Assembly: GCF_044704955.1 (NCBI RefSeq)
Contig: NC_091996.1
Location: 31,124,001 to 31,188,000, forward strand
DNA from: Pristiophorus japonicus
Taxonomy: Eukaryota
Direction of reading: 5' to 3'
DNA length: 64,000 nt
Part shown: piece by piece, positions 23,522 to 37,368 of the stretch
How the letters are laid out: each line of letters begins with the position of its first letter
How positions within the stretch are numbered: position 1 is the first letter of the stretch
Made by a program: the position numbers and the translations under genes
Notes under the pieces: generated by a model
Told to the model about the DNA's origin: nothing
Databases searched by the model: none
What the model saw: only the letters and a program-made list of their open reading frames with translations

Positions 23522-24515
23522 TTACATAGTATTACATAGTACTTAGTACAGAAATGGGCCATTCAGCCCAACAGGTCCACACGAGCCTCCTCCCACCCGT
23601 CTTCATTTAATCCCATCAACATCACCACCTATTCCTTTCTCCCTGATGCGTTTATCTAGATTCCCCTTAAATGCATCAACGCTATTTGCCTCAAGTACTC
23701 CTTGTAGCAATGAGTGCAACATTCCAGCCACTCTCTGGGTAAAGAAGTTTCTCCTGAATTCCGTATTGGATTTATTAGTGATCATCTTGTATTTGTGGCC
23801 CCTAGTTCTTGTCTCCTCCGCAAGTGGAAACATCTTATCGACGCCTACCCTATCAAACCCTTTCATAATCTTAAAAACCTCTATCAGGTCACCCCTCAGC
23901 CATCGCTCTTCTGAGGAAAAGAGCCCCAGTCTGGTCAATCGTTTCTGATGGGTATAACCTGGTATCGTTCTAGTAAATCTATTTTACACCACCTCCTGTA
24001 CCTCTCTATCCTTTTTTATAATATGGAGACTAGAACTGTTCAGTATTCCAAGTATGGTCTAACCAAGGTTCTATACAAGTTTAACATAACTTCTCTGCTT
24101 TTCAATTGTATCCCTCTAGAAATGAATGCCAGTTCTTTATTTGCATTTTTTATGGGCTTACTAACCTGTGTCTCTACTTTTAGTGATTTGTGTATCTGTA
24201 CCCCAGATTCCTCTGGTCCTCTACCCCCATTTAGACATTTATTTTCCAAGGAATAGTGTGGCCTCCTTATTCTTCCTACCAAAATGTACCACCTCACACT
24301 TGTCTATATTGAAGTTAATTTGCCAATTACACACCCATTTTGCAAGTTTATTGATGACTTCCTGTATTTTGTTGCAGTCCTGTATTAGCTACATCCCCCA
24401 ATTTGGTGTCATCTGCAAATTTTGAAATTGTACTTCCGATTCCCAATTCCAAATCGTTTGTCAGTGGTGCCAGCATCGATCCTTGTGAAACAGCACTTTC
24501 TACCTTTTGCCAGCT
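23522..24515 (-). mobile_element. CR1 LINE 3' fragment
   Basis: REVMLNLYRTLVRPYLEY; LRGDLIEVFKIMKGFDRV..TRGHKYK..FFTQRV. Confidence 0.88.
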
Positions 24516-25463
24516 GATGCACACATTTCATAGAATTTCCCAGACATTTTGTTCAAGATTATTTTAGGAATTATTTGGAATGTTTATTTCCAAATTTCTG
24601 GAATAAGTCACACGCGTGAAAGAAAGTTATAGCCCTCGAGATTTGGCTGGACTCGGTGGTAAACTCCGTACAGAAAGAGGCAACAGAATGTACAAAATAT
24701 AATTAATTCCTGCAATGATGTAACATTTTTGTGCTGAATATTTACAAGGCTAGAAATGGCATTTAAAAACTACCTTTTCACAATTCAGGTGAGTGACTTG
24801 TGTGATTTGCAAAGTTTGAAAGAGGTTGAAAAATAATGAGATCTTTCAACTTGGGGCATAGGTGCTAGTTGTATAGACATAAACGTTGCATTTCATCATT
24901 TCAAATTACTTGGGATAATAGTTTGTTAAAGAAGTGGGCTTGGAGAGCAAATTAAATTACTTGTTGCACTAGAACGTGGCCTTTGATTGGATTCGCTGTG
25001 TACTGTGGTGGTGCTGATTGATCTGACTACACATATGTGTACCAAGTGGTGATGGTAGTTGTGATGATTATTTGATTAGGCATAATATGGGGGCTCAAAC
25101 CAACATTTTCTCTCTCTCTCTATCCAATGGAACTTTATCATCTGCCAGACAAATTGTGGAGCAGTACTTGTTTTGAAAGCTGTAGAATGATCTATTACTT
25201 ATTCCCTGTTCCAGGAGACGAAGCAGTGAAAAAAAGAGAAGGAATGGGCAAAAAAGGCAATATATTAAAGTACACACAACCAGATGGGATTTTGTTACAT
25301 ACACTTGGCTGGAGTACAGGGTATTTATTCTTTACAGGCACTGGTAGTAATTAAACCTTGTTGAAAAGTTCAATCTTACGGTTAAAAGGTGTATTTTGTT
25401 TTTAAGCAAAATCTAGTTTTCCTTCCTTTTGGTTAATATCTGTTGACAGTGAAGAGTTTCATT

Positions 25464-26107
25464 GGCCCAGAAATTGCGGTCGGAGGCTTCCTGTGGGCGG
25501 ACGCGTCCAACCAAAATTTTTTTTACGCAAGTACCTGGTGGTCTCGGAGGAACGAAGACTTGCGGTCTGAGGCCTCCATTCACAATCCAGTGTATGGGCC
25601 CATCTATTCCAGGCGTGAATGTGCAGCCTGGGATCACGTGGGCCGGACCAACCAATTAAAATGGAGTATCCCCATTCACAGTAATGCAAATGGAGATCAC
25701 TATTTCGGTGAATGGGGATACTCCGAAAAACACGCAAACATTTAAAATAAATCAGAAAAACACGTCGCATATTTAAAATTAAATGTTTTAGCCAAAAATT
25801 TATTTTTTTGAGATTTAAAAAATATGTTTAATAGGAGTAAAAAATAAACTTACCTTAATGGACAGGGTTTTTAAATGTAAAAATTATTGATAAAATGTTA
25901 TTTTTTCATCTTTTAAAACTCTTATGCTGGTAAAAGCAGGCCATACGCCTAAGAGTTTGAAGGACATTTGCTGGGTAGGAGTTGGGCAAATAGCCCAAAT
26001 ATCTGCCCGTGCGAATGTCCTTTGCTTTCCGCGAAACGGCAATCGCGGGGCCTCTTCGGGCGCGTGCACGCATCGTACGCACCCAACGAGGCCGCAATTT
26101 ACCGCCC
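25464..26107. mobile_element. Harbinger-type MITE
   Basis: ATT TSD on both sides; imperfect TIRs sharing AAATTGCGG; internally similar to 53314-54026. Confidence 0.8.
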
Positions 26108-26809
26108 ATTGTCTTTAAGCATGCTTATTTACTTTTTTTTTAAACAAGATATCTTTGCATTTTGTATTTTTGCTAAATTTGCAAGGAATGATTGGTACCT
26201 TTTTAAGCATTCCCTGCAGAAAACACCAGTGATATGCTGGTAGTTGCATTTTAAGTGTGAATTTGCTCATATCATTTGTAATCAAGAAGATGAGGATGTC
26301 TTTTGATCCATAAACCACTGTGGTTAGCTTTTATTGATGGGAGATTATTAAATGTGTTTGGATCTCTGCACACACAAATATATTTTACTTCAGTATTCAA
26401 TGCACATCTTGTTTGTTTCCACACTGGCATCATTTTTTAAATATGTAGTGTTGTCATTTGTATACTTAAATGTATTAAGTTCAGCTGAAAATCTCTTTAA
26501 AAGGATTAAAAGTTTCATGAAGTTCAGGATTGTTTTGAAACTTTCGCAATGAAGAACTCCAGTTCTTATTATTTGATTTTTCTCCATTTATTTGGTACTT
26601 TTCACACTGTGAAGTGTGAGGTCGGAAATGCAATTGACTGCTTGAGATTTTACGTTACAACATGGTGATAATAAGAGTCGTGTTGCAAGACAAAATCTAC
26701 TGCCAGACACCAGGGCTTTGTTTAATAAAACATCAAAATCCATTGTGTTTCTTCGGAAGTCATTCTTTAATTGATTTATCATGGACTTTATCACTTTATA
26801 TTTATATAT

Positions 26810-27228
26810 AATGTGTGTTAGGATAGATGACGTATTGTTGCTGAAGCAATTGCTTTTTGGAAAACTGGTGAATGCCGGAAGAAAGCAGGAAGACAACAAA
26901 AGTGCTGCAAGGACACACTGAAGATTTACTTGAAGCAGTGCAACGCGGTGATTGGCTCTTTGACAACCTGGGCCACTAACAGATGATAATGGCATGCTGA
27001 AGTGAGAGAAGGAATGAAGGGCTTTGAGCTGCAACGGTGTGCCAGTGTGGAGGCAAGACGCGAGAGACATGAGGATTGTCACTGTCGGAGGGATCAACAG
27101 GAGAAACCCGCCACAAACGCGGAAATGTGAAGCTTGCACTAGACAATGTTTGTCATGTATTGGCCCGCACTCATCTACCATGAACTTGTGCTGCCTTCAC
27201 CGTCATCCTGGAGTGCGAGAGACACACT
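26810..27228 (+). mobile_element. Ancient, highly diverged RTE LINE 3' end
   Basis: Remnants KQLLFGKL..GRQQK..KDTLK..LKQCN..TW and C-terminal CEACTRQCLSCIGPHS, paralleling CPTCDRVCGSRIGLFSH. Confidence 0.6.
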
Positions 27229-27947
27229 AATTTATATATATTTTTAATTAAGAATATTATTTAGTATTTTTTCAACTTACTGGCAACATTTAATTGTAAA
27301 TAAATATTTTACTGCCTTTTAATGTGCAAAATTTCTGGCCTTTATTTAATATCTGCCCATTTGAAAATGTTTAGGAGAGTGGTGCAAGACTACATTTTAT
27401 TCAATAGGCAGATTACTGTAATTAGGAAAATTGTTAATTCCTCAGGATATGCACCTGATGAGGACAAACCAGAACCTTTCTTTTTATGATGTATCCTTGT
27501 TAATCTTGCAAGCACTGATTAACAGGATCTTCAAATTCTTCCAGATAATCCAAACAGCGTTTTATATAGAACAGCATGTATTTTATAATAACTGGTAATA
27601 ATGTTACAATTTAGAAACTGCAACAGCGCTTCACTTTTTGCGACTCCCTCTTTTCAGAGAACCTTCTGGGTTTCGGCTTAATGACCTAACTTCCCCGTTC
27701 CAGGATTGAGAGGAGCTACACCCACCCCCAGTCCCGTCCCTCAGGATTATCACATTCCCTGCTCAGTCTCTGATGCCTGTCCATGTACAACACATCAGAT
27801 ACCATGTAACGATCCTATCAAATAAATTAACAGATTTAACATAAAACATTGAAAAAAACAGATGCATGTAGAATACTACAATTCAAACCAATTCCTTTGT
27901 GATTGTTGAGCATTATCTCTCTTGCAGCCAGCTGTGATTACATAGGA

Positions 27948-28290
27948 TTACATAGAATGTACAACATAGAAACAGGCCATTTGCCCAACTGGTCCATGCC
28001 AGTGTCTGTGCTCCACACGCGTCTCTTTATTTAACATTATTAACATAACATATTTCTTTCTCCCTCATGTTTATCTATCACCCCCATAAAAGTGTATATT
28101 CTTTCGCCTCAACTACTCCTTGTGAAAGCGAGTTCCATATTCTAACTACTCTGAGTAAAGAAGTTCCTCTTGAACTCCCTTTTGGGCTATCTTATATTTA
28201 TGCCCCCTAGTTTTGGTGTCTCCACAAGTGGAAACATTACATCTATCCTATCAAAGTCTTTCTTAAAGACCTCTATTAGGTCACCCCATA
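27948..28290 (-). mobile_element. CR1 3' fragment
   Basis: Similar to 23540-23900. Confidence 0.7.
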
Positions 28291-29742
28291 GCATATACAA
28301 CTAAACTTCATTTAACTAATGACCTAGGTGCATACTAAAACATAGAATCAGAAAAGATTATGCCATTCCCAAAACCAATACTTCTCCACCATCTGTTCCC
28401 TCCAATAACTGTTCAATTCTCCCATTAAATGTTTCCGCACTGCCTACTCCACTTTCTCCATGGACAGTAAAGTGGAGTTGTAGCACTGCTTTTGTGATAA
28501 CCAATTGTCCACTCGTGGATGGTCATGGAATTCACTCCACTAATTTTGTAACCTTTCTGCACATACAGCTTTGTGGCTGCCTTCAAATTCATGCCCATCC
28601 TATTCTGCTCTGTGGTGGTGCACAATATCCTTCTTGAGTGCCAAATCTGTGCTTTCCCATTTCAATGACTGATCTGCGAACAGTGCTCTTCTGGCTGGCT
28701 TGATCGCAAAATCTGCATCTTGCAATTTTTTTAAAGCTGTTTCTTGGTCTTGATCGGAACTGTTGGGACTTGACTGGGATGATTTGCTGCCAAAATTGCA
28801 CTCTTGGGTAGAACTTCTAATCCTCCTTTTTTGTCCATTGATTTACTGTATCATGCATCTGCTACCATGTTTCCTCTTCCAGCTTTGTGAATTACAGGAA
28901 AAATCAACCTCTCTAAGGTTCCCTAATCATCCCTGAAGTATTGTTGACCAGTTCTGCCTTCAACACAGAGAATGAGGCATGTGCATCTAGTAAGATTGTG
29001 AATTGCTTTATTAATGTAAATAGTCAATTGTGGGCCCATTCCCTGAAGACGGCAGATAAATTTGAATTCTGTTATTCTGTCCCTTTTCTGATTTGTGTTG
29101 GTCGTCTCTCCCAGGAAACCCCTAAAAGTAGTAATCGCTCTTTTCCTGTCAGTAGGTTTCTTGGCTTTAATTAACTCTTTCCAATGGGGAAAAGTATTTC
29201 TGAGGAGTTGTATTGCATTGTGAGCAGGTACGGATTATGAAATTGGGTATGTCGTAATCAAAACATTTCAGCTAGTTGGCGTTTTTCAGAATGTTTCCAT
29301 CTGGCTTTCCCAGATCTGCTGTGTACTTTGCGTGCTTGCAACAGCAGCAGAGGCATGCTTGCCAAGTCTACAAAGCCCAGCGCAATTTTGTATTTCATGT
29401 TGAGCCTTCTCAAAATTGCTGAGCTTCAATATGAGTGTTTGCAGGGGGTGATGAGCTTCTGAACTGTGCTGTGATGGAGTATACAAATGGAGTACATGGA
29501 GCACTGCTCAGTGAATCTGAAGGATAAGTGAGATATGCAGCTTGTGGCCTGAACGGATTAGCTTCTACTAACAGAAATGAGGTTATCATATTTCTGCAAA
29601 ATATGTTCATGTAGAAATGATCCAAACTCTGCTTTATTATGGAATTAAAAATACTTTTTTTCATCATTGACATGCCTAATTATGTTGATGCATTTTTAGT
29701 TAATGCAGCTCCATATTTATAAACCTTCAGCACTAATTCACT

Positions 29743-30185
29743 GTGTCAGCTTAGCTCTGTTTGCAGCATTCTAGCTTCTGAGTCAGAAGATTGTGGGTTC
29801 GGGCCCCATGGCAGGAGTTGGAGCTCATAATGTAAGTTGACATTCCATTGCAATAATGAAGGAATGCTGCCTCATCAAAGGTGCCTTCCTTAGGGTGAGG
29901 TATTTAACTGAGCCCTTGTATGCCTGTTCAGTGGGCATTAACAGATCTGTGGGCCTACTCAGAGATGAGCGGGGAATTCTCTTGGTATTCTGGCTAGCAT
30001 TCCTTCCTCAGCCAATGCCAATAAAAATAGATTAACTGGTTATTCATCGATGTTTGTGGGAATTGATTGTGCACAGAACAGCTGTTGTCTTTTCTGCAAT
30101 AAGTTGCCACACTCCAAAATGATTCATTGTATTCAAAGTACTTTAGAGACTTTTCTGAGAAGACTACATAAATGCATGCTGTCTG
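29743..30185 (+). mobile_element. Diverged Deu-type SINE
   Basis: Collinear similarity to 11354-11805. Confidence 0.6.
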
Positions 30186-31369
30186 TTTTTCCATTGGCCA
30201 CATCAACCTATGAATAGTAGACCAAATCATTACTTCTAAAACATTATTGCTTGTCTTATAAGATTGAAAATCAAATACTGACAAATTTTGTGACATTTTA
30301 ATGGTAGGTAACAGATGTTATTTTACAAAGATTGTTGCAGATTTTTGGGGGAGTAGTAATATTTCTGCTTCCTTTCCCCCTCCAAAGATGTCAAATACAT
30401 AGGATGATCAGTATTGTTGAAGAACTGAAATGTGCGATTTATTTGTGCAACTTGCAATAAAGGAAATATATAACCATTCACATACTGCTTCATTCTTTTG
30501 TTGATAAATAACACATTCATTAAAAAAGATCTGTCTAAACTGAGAGTTCAAAAGGTTGATCCTCACTGGAGGATATATGTCAATTTTATTTGAACCATGC
30601 TATTCAGTGTAACATTAAATGAAAGATGTGTGCAGGTTTCAAGTGAATTTGTTAAACTTGGCCTTCTCATTGTTTTCTCATGACTGTTCAGGATTATTTT
30701 GAACTCTTTTTCGCTGAAATATTTAAAAGGATTGTTGACCAAATTTCATAATTGTAATAATGAACATTAATATGTGTTGCAATGTAATAATGTTCCTTAT
30801 GGTCATATTAGTGTACTCTGTGTCAGTTGTTACTGTGCATTGGTCTGTGCAATTTTTGGTTCGTTGTTTACATCGCCTCCAGGGACAAGGTAAAAACTAA
30901 CCCTGCCATACATTATTAGCCAATAATACATGTTTTCCCTTATAATAAGTACTGAACGGCTTTCATTTCACTATATGCTTTTGTCATCAATTTTAACATA
31001 TGGTACATTTCCTGAACGATAGAATTAAAAACCTGGAATACATAACATACTTCATCTAGTATTGTTTACACAAACCTAAATAAAAACTTCTGTATGTAAT
31101 AAGTTACTAAGTGATATTTCTTTTTGTAGGTGTTCGATTAATTCATAATCAGAATCACCATATTTTAGAATGATGTAAAACACAAATCACGATGAGATTT
31201 TGGTGGCTTGTAGAGTCAAAACTTTGAGACTGTGCTAAAATTTACCAAATATATATTTGATTTAGTCATTTGTGAGTACTTAAAGTTATGGAGACTACTG
31301 TGCCTTCAAATAATAGTAGAATTTGTATCAATTGTTAGAGATGTATGATGATATGGAAATAAAACAACA

Positions 31370-32450
31370 ATGACAACAACAGCATGCGTTTATATAGCGG
31401 CTTTCAGCGTAGTAAAATGTCCCAAGATGCTTCACAGGAGCGTAATGAGAGAAAAATTGACTGAGCCAAAGAAGTAGATATTAGGACAAGTGACTAAAAG
31501 CTATGCCAAAGAGGTATTACATAAGAAATACATAGAATTTACAGCACAGAAAAAGGCCATTCGGCCCAACTGGTCTATGCTGGTGTTTATGCTTCACACG
31601 AGCCTCTTCCCACCCCTCTTCATCTAACTATCAGCCTAACCTTTCTTCCTCGTGTGCATATCTAGCTTTCCCTTAAATGTATCTGTTATTCGCCTCAACT
31701 ACTCCTTGTGATAGCAAGTTCCACATTCTAACCACTCTCTGGGTAAAGAAGTTCCTCCTGAATTCCCTACTGGAATTATTGGTGACTATCTTACATTTAT
31801 GGCCCCTAAATTTGGTAAATTTTAAGGAGCGTCTTATAGGAGGAGAGAGAGGCAGAGATTTAGGATGGAGCAACGAAATGGGTGATGCATTAGAATAGTT
31901 GAGTCTGGATGGAGCCAAAGAATGGATGAGGGTTTCAGCGGCAGATTGGCAGGGGTGGAGATGGGCAATATTCCGGAAGTGAAAGTAGATGATCCTGGTG
32001 ATGGAGAGGCTATGGCGTCAGAAGCTTAGATCATCGTCAAATAGGTTGTGAACAATTTGGTTCAGCCTATGACAGTGGCCGGGGAACGGATGGAATCGGT
32101 GGCTCTGGAATGGAGTTTGTGGTTCGGGGGGCAGGGCAAAGATGATGGCTTTGATCTTCCCAATGTTTATTTAGAGGAAATTTTGGCTCATCCAGGACCG
32201 TACGATCAGTCTGACAACTCTGAGGCAATGGAGGATTTGAGATGTGGTGGTGAGGTAGAGCTGGGTAGCGTCACTGCGTATGTGCAATTTGACGTGTTTA
32301 TGGATGATTTCACCAAGGGTCAGCATGTAGATGAGAAATAGGATTGGGCTAAAGATAGATCCTTTGGGGATTTGAGAGGTAATTGTGCAGGGACTGGAAG
32401 AGAAGTCATTGCAGGAGATTCTCTGCTTACGACTGGATAGGTAAGAGTAA
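31370..32450 (-). mobile_element. L2 fragment interrupted by a CR1 tail (~31517-31808)
   Basis: Minus-strand PKGSIFSPILFLIYML..DATQLYL; nested CR1 RRNFFTQRVVRMWN. Confidence 0.7.
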
Positions 32451-32654
32451 GAAATAACCAATTATATAGGAAGGTTTTTCACTATATTTATAAAGCTAAA
32501 GATTACATTCTGTACAGATTCAAATGTCAGTATCAGTAAACAAATAATGTACACACTAAGCCACTTATTACTCTGAGAAGGATGAACTCGTACACTTCTG
32601 TTTGCTGAATGATTATTTGACATCCAAGGTCAGTCATCAAAAATTACACTGAAG

Positions 32655-33518
32655 TGCAGCAACCCAATTAGCTTACCTTAAGTGCGCCGACTTTGCGCGC
32701 TGGAAACGGCGCCGGAAAAAAGTCGCCCCATCCTGGCCGCTCTTCCGAGTCCCCGGAGTCCCAGCGTGGCGTGCATTGTGAAGTGGGGGGCAGAGCAACA
32801 GACCAGCGTTGAAAACAGTGCCGGCACCTGCGCACATGCGCAGTGAAGTCTACGCGCATGCTCCTGCCCTCCCAGCGTGTTTTGCGGGCTGTGAGCAGGA
32901 CCTGATGCTCGTAGCCCCTATCCCCGGCTGAAGGGACGCCCCGATCTTCCCCGCACCCTATCCCCGGCTGAGTGGCCTCCCGCACCGGCCGGCCGGGCCG
33001 AGGTAGGACTTCAGTTTAATTTTTTATTCATTGATGGTTGTGCTTGAGAGTTTTGATTGGCGGGGGGGCGGCGGAGGGGAGGAGGGGAAAGAGTCTTTTA
33101 ATTGGGGGGTGGGGGGGGGACTTTAAAAATAACTTAATTCTGGCATAAAGGTAGGACTTCTATTTGTTATTGATTGATTGCTTATTACTTTTTGTGCTTT
33201 GTTTAGTGCTTTGTAAGTCTTGGTGCTTTAAATGTACTAACCTGCGCCGATTTCTTAACTGCCCGCAAGGTTTTTCAGAGCTGGCCACATACGCTGACCT
33301 AAGTCGATTTTGGAGTAAGATTTTGCTGGCCAAAGTGGCATAATGACCAAAACTGGGAACACCCCCTTCTGGGAAAAAAAACTGAACTAAAAAAAAATCG
33401 TACCTAACTGACTTACTCTGGAGCAAATTTTTTGGGGAAAATGGCATTTTTAACTTACGCCAGAAAAAACAACTTACTCCCCAAAAAATTGATGCAAGTC
33501 ATGGCCAAAATTGGGCCC
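32655..33518. mobile_element. Harbinger-type MITE (right TIR present, left end unclear)
   Basis: Ends in AAAATTGGGCCC; GC-rich core; subterminal region resembles 34780-34990 and 42574-42850. Confidence 0.65.
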
Positions 33519-33774
33519 AATATCCCCGACAAGAAAGTTAAGGATCTCTTTCAAAGACATTGGCATGGATGCTTAGATTCTCAAAGGACTCCATATTAGA
33601 CACCGATGTGAGGACCAGTGTCCCTAATGCCAACCATGTTGTGGAAATTAAAGTGAATGTAGAGGCTGTTGCAACTTGAAAAGACCAAGACGATAGAAGG
33701 TTAAGAATCTTCAAATAAAAAGCTTACTCTACTCATCAGAGCCAGCATCTTCAGTGTTTATCTCTCCCAATTAT

Positions 33775-34080
33775 AGGATCATATAGCACAGAAGGAGGCC
33801 ATTCATCCCATCAAGCCTGTACCGGTTCTGTAACAGAGCTACCAACTAGTTCCATTCCTCTTTTTCTACATAACCCTTTAAGTATTTATACAGGTCTCTT
33901 TTGAAAGTTACTATTGAATCTGCTCCCATCACACTTTCAGGCTGTGTATTCCAGATCATAACTTGCTGAGTTAAAATAAATTCTCCTTCACTTTTCACCC
34001 CCCCCCCCCCCTTCCTGGCTTTTTACCAATTGTTTTATATCTGTGTCCTCTGGTTACTGACTCTCCTGCCAGTGGAAGCA
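33775..34080 (-). mobile_element. CR1 3' fragment
   Basis: Similar to 7977-8280. Confidence 0.65.
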
Positions 34081-34494
34081 ATTGTGAAAAACTTGAGAAA
34101 AACTTATATAAGAGTAACTATTCTTGGCAAACTTGTGACCTGCTTTACAACAGTACAACTTCAAAAAGTACTTCATTGGCTGTAAAGCGCTTTGGGATGT
34201 CTGGTGGTTATGAAAGGCGCTATATAAATGCAAGTCTTTCTTTTACTTGTCACAGTTGGTAGATTAAGTGTTCCACATATTCTGTGCTGGTCAGCCTTAG
34301 CATGTTGAAACATATTTAATTGCAAAATAAATGTGTTTTTCTTCTGGACTTGATATAATCCATATAGACCAGTGAATTTGAGGATGCCTCAAGCCATGTT
34401 CCGAGTCCACAAGAGTCAAATATTTGAGATATCTGTCCTTGTCAACAGCTGTTTATTTGTCACTTACATATACACAAAGGTTGAGGAATAATTT

Positions 34495-34775
34495 TTGTAT
34501 CCTAACTTGTACCAAGTCCCATTCATCCATCAGCCCAGTGCTTGCTGACCTATATTGGCAACATCTCTTAAAATTCTCATCCTTATTTTCACATCCTTCC
34601 ATGGCTTTGTTCCTCCTGAACTCTGTGACTTCCTCCGGCCCTACAACCGTCCAAGATAGCTACGCTCCTCCAATTCTGGCCTCTTGCACATATTCAGTTT
34701 TAATTGGTCCACCATTGATAACCATGCCTTCAGCTGGCGAGACCCTAAGCTCTGAAATTCCCTCTCTAAGCCTCT
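34495..34775 (+). mobile_element. L2 3' fragment
   Basis: Similar to 41068-41230. Confidence 0.6.
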
Positions 34776-34779
34776 CTTA

Positions 34780-34990
34780 GGGCCCAAGTTGCCCCGGGAA
34801 TTGCTCCATTCTTTTTGGAGCAACTAGATTTTTTTGGAGTAACTTAAAAATCGCAATTCTCCCCATTTAATTTACTCCAGTGTAAGTGAGTTAGGTTTTT
34901 TTAAAGTTTTTTTTTCTCAAAAGGGGGCATTACCAGGCACTTATGCCTGTTTTGGCCATTCAAGCAAGTTTAGCCTGCTTAAAGTTACCA
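34780..34990. mobile_element. Harbinger-type MITE left end
   Basis: TTA|GGGCCCAAGTT TIR; reverse complement similar to 33330-33518. Confidence 0.6.
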
Positions 34991-35850
34991 TTGGAAGCTT
35001 CAGGTACAGTATATTTGGGATATCTCTACATGTTGAGTTTTCACAATGTTAGTGGATTTTATTGCAGTGACTACTAGTTCTGTTACCTTTTGAGGCTTAA
35101 GCATTGTATGATATCTATCATACAGATCATCTGTATTATATGTGTACATTCATTTGCTGTCCATTACATCTCACACTCTGTGTCACAATTCTCTGCACTT
35201 AATATTGCAGCTGATTTGGCTCAGGATATTTGTAGCCAATGGCTTGGAAAAAAAAAACCCTACCGGTCACACTTTTATATTAAAAGAAAAGCCATGTATT
35301 TGATCCTAGGTTCTAACTTGCACCCTGAGGGCAATTAAACTGACCTCGCCCTGCCTAGCTCCCCCTCCAATTAAACTCTGACCTCCGTCTCTCTTTACTT
35401 AACAACAACTAGAATTTGTGGCATTGAAAGCACACAGCTCCATGTTCGAATTGCGTATTAGATGGTATTAAAATTTCTTTATAAAACAGCACTTCATTCA
35501 ACTTACCAATGTCAAGGGATGACTGCTGGTATAAAAATATAAAAATGGTACATCAAGCATGCATGCTGTCTGTCACATTTTAAGTATCACACAACACCTC
35601 TGTATTTGCAAATCTCTGATCAACACTTGGAATGACTATCCAGGTAGGGTAGTGGAGGTGAAAATCTTGGTCTCATTCAAGGGGTAACATGACATGATGG
35701 GCAGATAGAATTTCTTTATTTTGTGTTCTTCTCTTCTATGTTAATCTTGTGAAAACCAAGTACAGCATGGATTTTTTTTTAACTTTTACTGAGATATCTT
35801 TACTGAGGGAAGTGTTGCTGACCATATTCAACGGCTTGTTTAATTCTTAT

Positions 35851-37173
35851 GGCCCGGATTTCGCATTTAGAATAACGGTGAGGCTAACGGCGCTCACCAT
35901 TATGGAGTAATCGGACAGCAACCTCCGGAATGTGCACATGCGCAGGTAAATTCGATAATCCGGAAGTTGTAGTCCCAGTTACCCCGATCCTCCACAGGCT
36001 GCACTATAACAGTGTAAGATTTCTAAATCTCTGTCATTAAATTGACTGATTCTTTTAAAACAATTTGGAACAGTTTATTAAAACACACAAATGCACATTT
36101 ATCAGCAGTCGTCTATTCGTTACAACAGATACAATTTTACAATAATGATTTATAAAAAGGTATACGTCACTTTCCTCTGGCTGGCTGGTTGAACACATGG
36201 CCTGCTGTTTTGGCTGGTCTTTGAGCGGGAGATCTTGCCATGTGTCCAGGAGAGAGAGAGCAATCTCTGGCTTGCGTTTTTATATTCCTTAAGTCCATTG
36301 TTCCTCAGAAAGCCCCAGGATTGGATCTTGGTTCCAGGGCAGTTCCTTTATTGGCTCTCCTCACACATGTGGCTGTTGGACTGGCCCAGCCATCCCTTGA
36401 TTAGGTTAATTGCTTTCCAATTAACACAATACACAAACAGGCCATGCTGGAGGTTTGCGAGATTCCATTTTGAATCTTTCAAAACTGTCTTCGTATAGTC
36501 TATACTTTCAACATTTATACATTCACAGAATCAATTTTATTACTGAACACTTTTATTCTTACAACAGTAACTCGTGAAGACACTCAACATTAAAATCAAT
36601 GTTAGGACCTGAAGTTGCGGTACTTAACCACTAGTTACCCACTAAACACACCAGAAATAGTTAGGGCTGGTGCATTCAGGTGTAAGTGAAGTTTTAGCTG
36701 CATGATAAGTTATAATTACTGCTAAACAACCGCTCTGGAACTGAAAATTTAATTTTACAAGTGTGTAGTCTCATTCCTTCAGAATTTAATTAGTGTTGGA
36801 GATTTAAACTTTTTTTTTAACCATTTTCTGTCCGTCTCTTAGCGCTCGCTCTCTCTCTCTATCAATTCCATCTTTCTTTCCCCCTCATATTTCATTCTGT
36901 ACATGATTTAAATCTAATTTATACTTCCTCATTTTGACTCTGCGGGTCTCATTGATGATTCTTCAATCTGATTGGTTGAAGAGCCTCGTCGTTTCTTGTC
37001 CAGCGCTCTCTCTCTCTCTCTCTCTACAGATGACCTGTAGAGGGTACCATGCTGGATCAGAAGTCTGATGACAGCAAGTTACCACTCAAAAGCCCACGAA
37101 ATGTCAGTGGGCAGTTGTCAGCATAGTGAAAGGCGAGTGCCGTTCTTTCGCCACTGATTGCAAGATCCGGGTT
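35851..37173. mobile_element. Harbinger-type non-autonomous element carrying a nested LTR
   Basis: Imperfect TIRs GGCCCGGATTTCGCA / TGCAAGATCCGGGTT. Confidence 0.6.
36013..36563 (-). mobile_element. Solo LTR (551 bp)
   Basis: TGTAAGA...TCTTACA terminal inverted 7-mer; ACAG 4-bp TSD; minus-strand TATAAAA (~36280) then AATAAA (~36075). Confidence 0.82.
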
Positions 37174-37368
37174 ATTTGTAATTTATTCTACATGGCTACA
37201 CCAGCTGCATTTCTTTTATTTGTTTATTCCAAAACTCAATCAGACTTTTAAAAAAAAATGTATATAAACAACAGAAATTCTGGAAGGATTATGCCATTAT
37301 TCAATTTTGGAAGGAACTCCTGAAAAAAGTCTTGATTTTAAACAAGCAGAGCCTTTTAGTGACACTAA

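Noticed and set aside
26588-27181. 197-aa minus-strand ORF
   Set aside because: No recognisable domain; largely antisense to an RTE relic
28330-28830. Possible old non-LTR retroelement fragment on the minus strand
   Set aside because: Only faint motif impressions; cannot be supported without BLASTx
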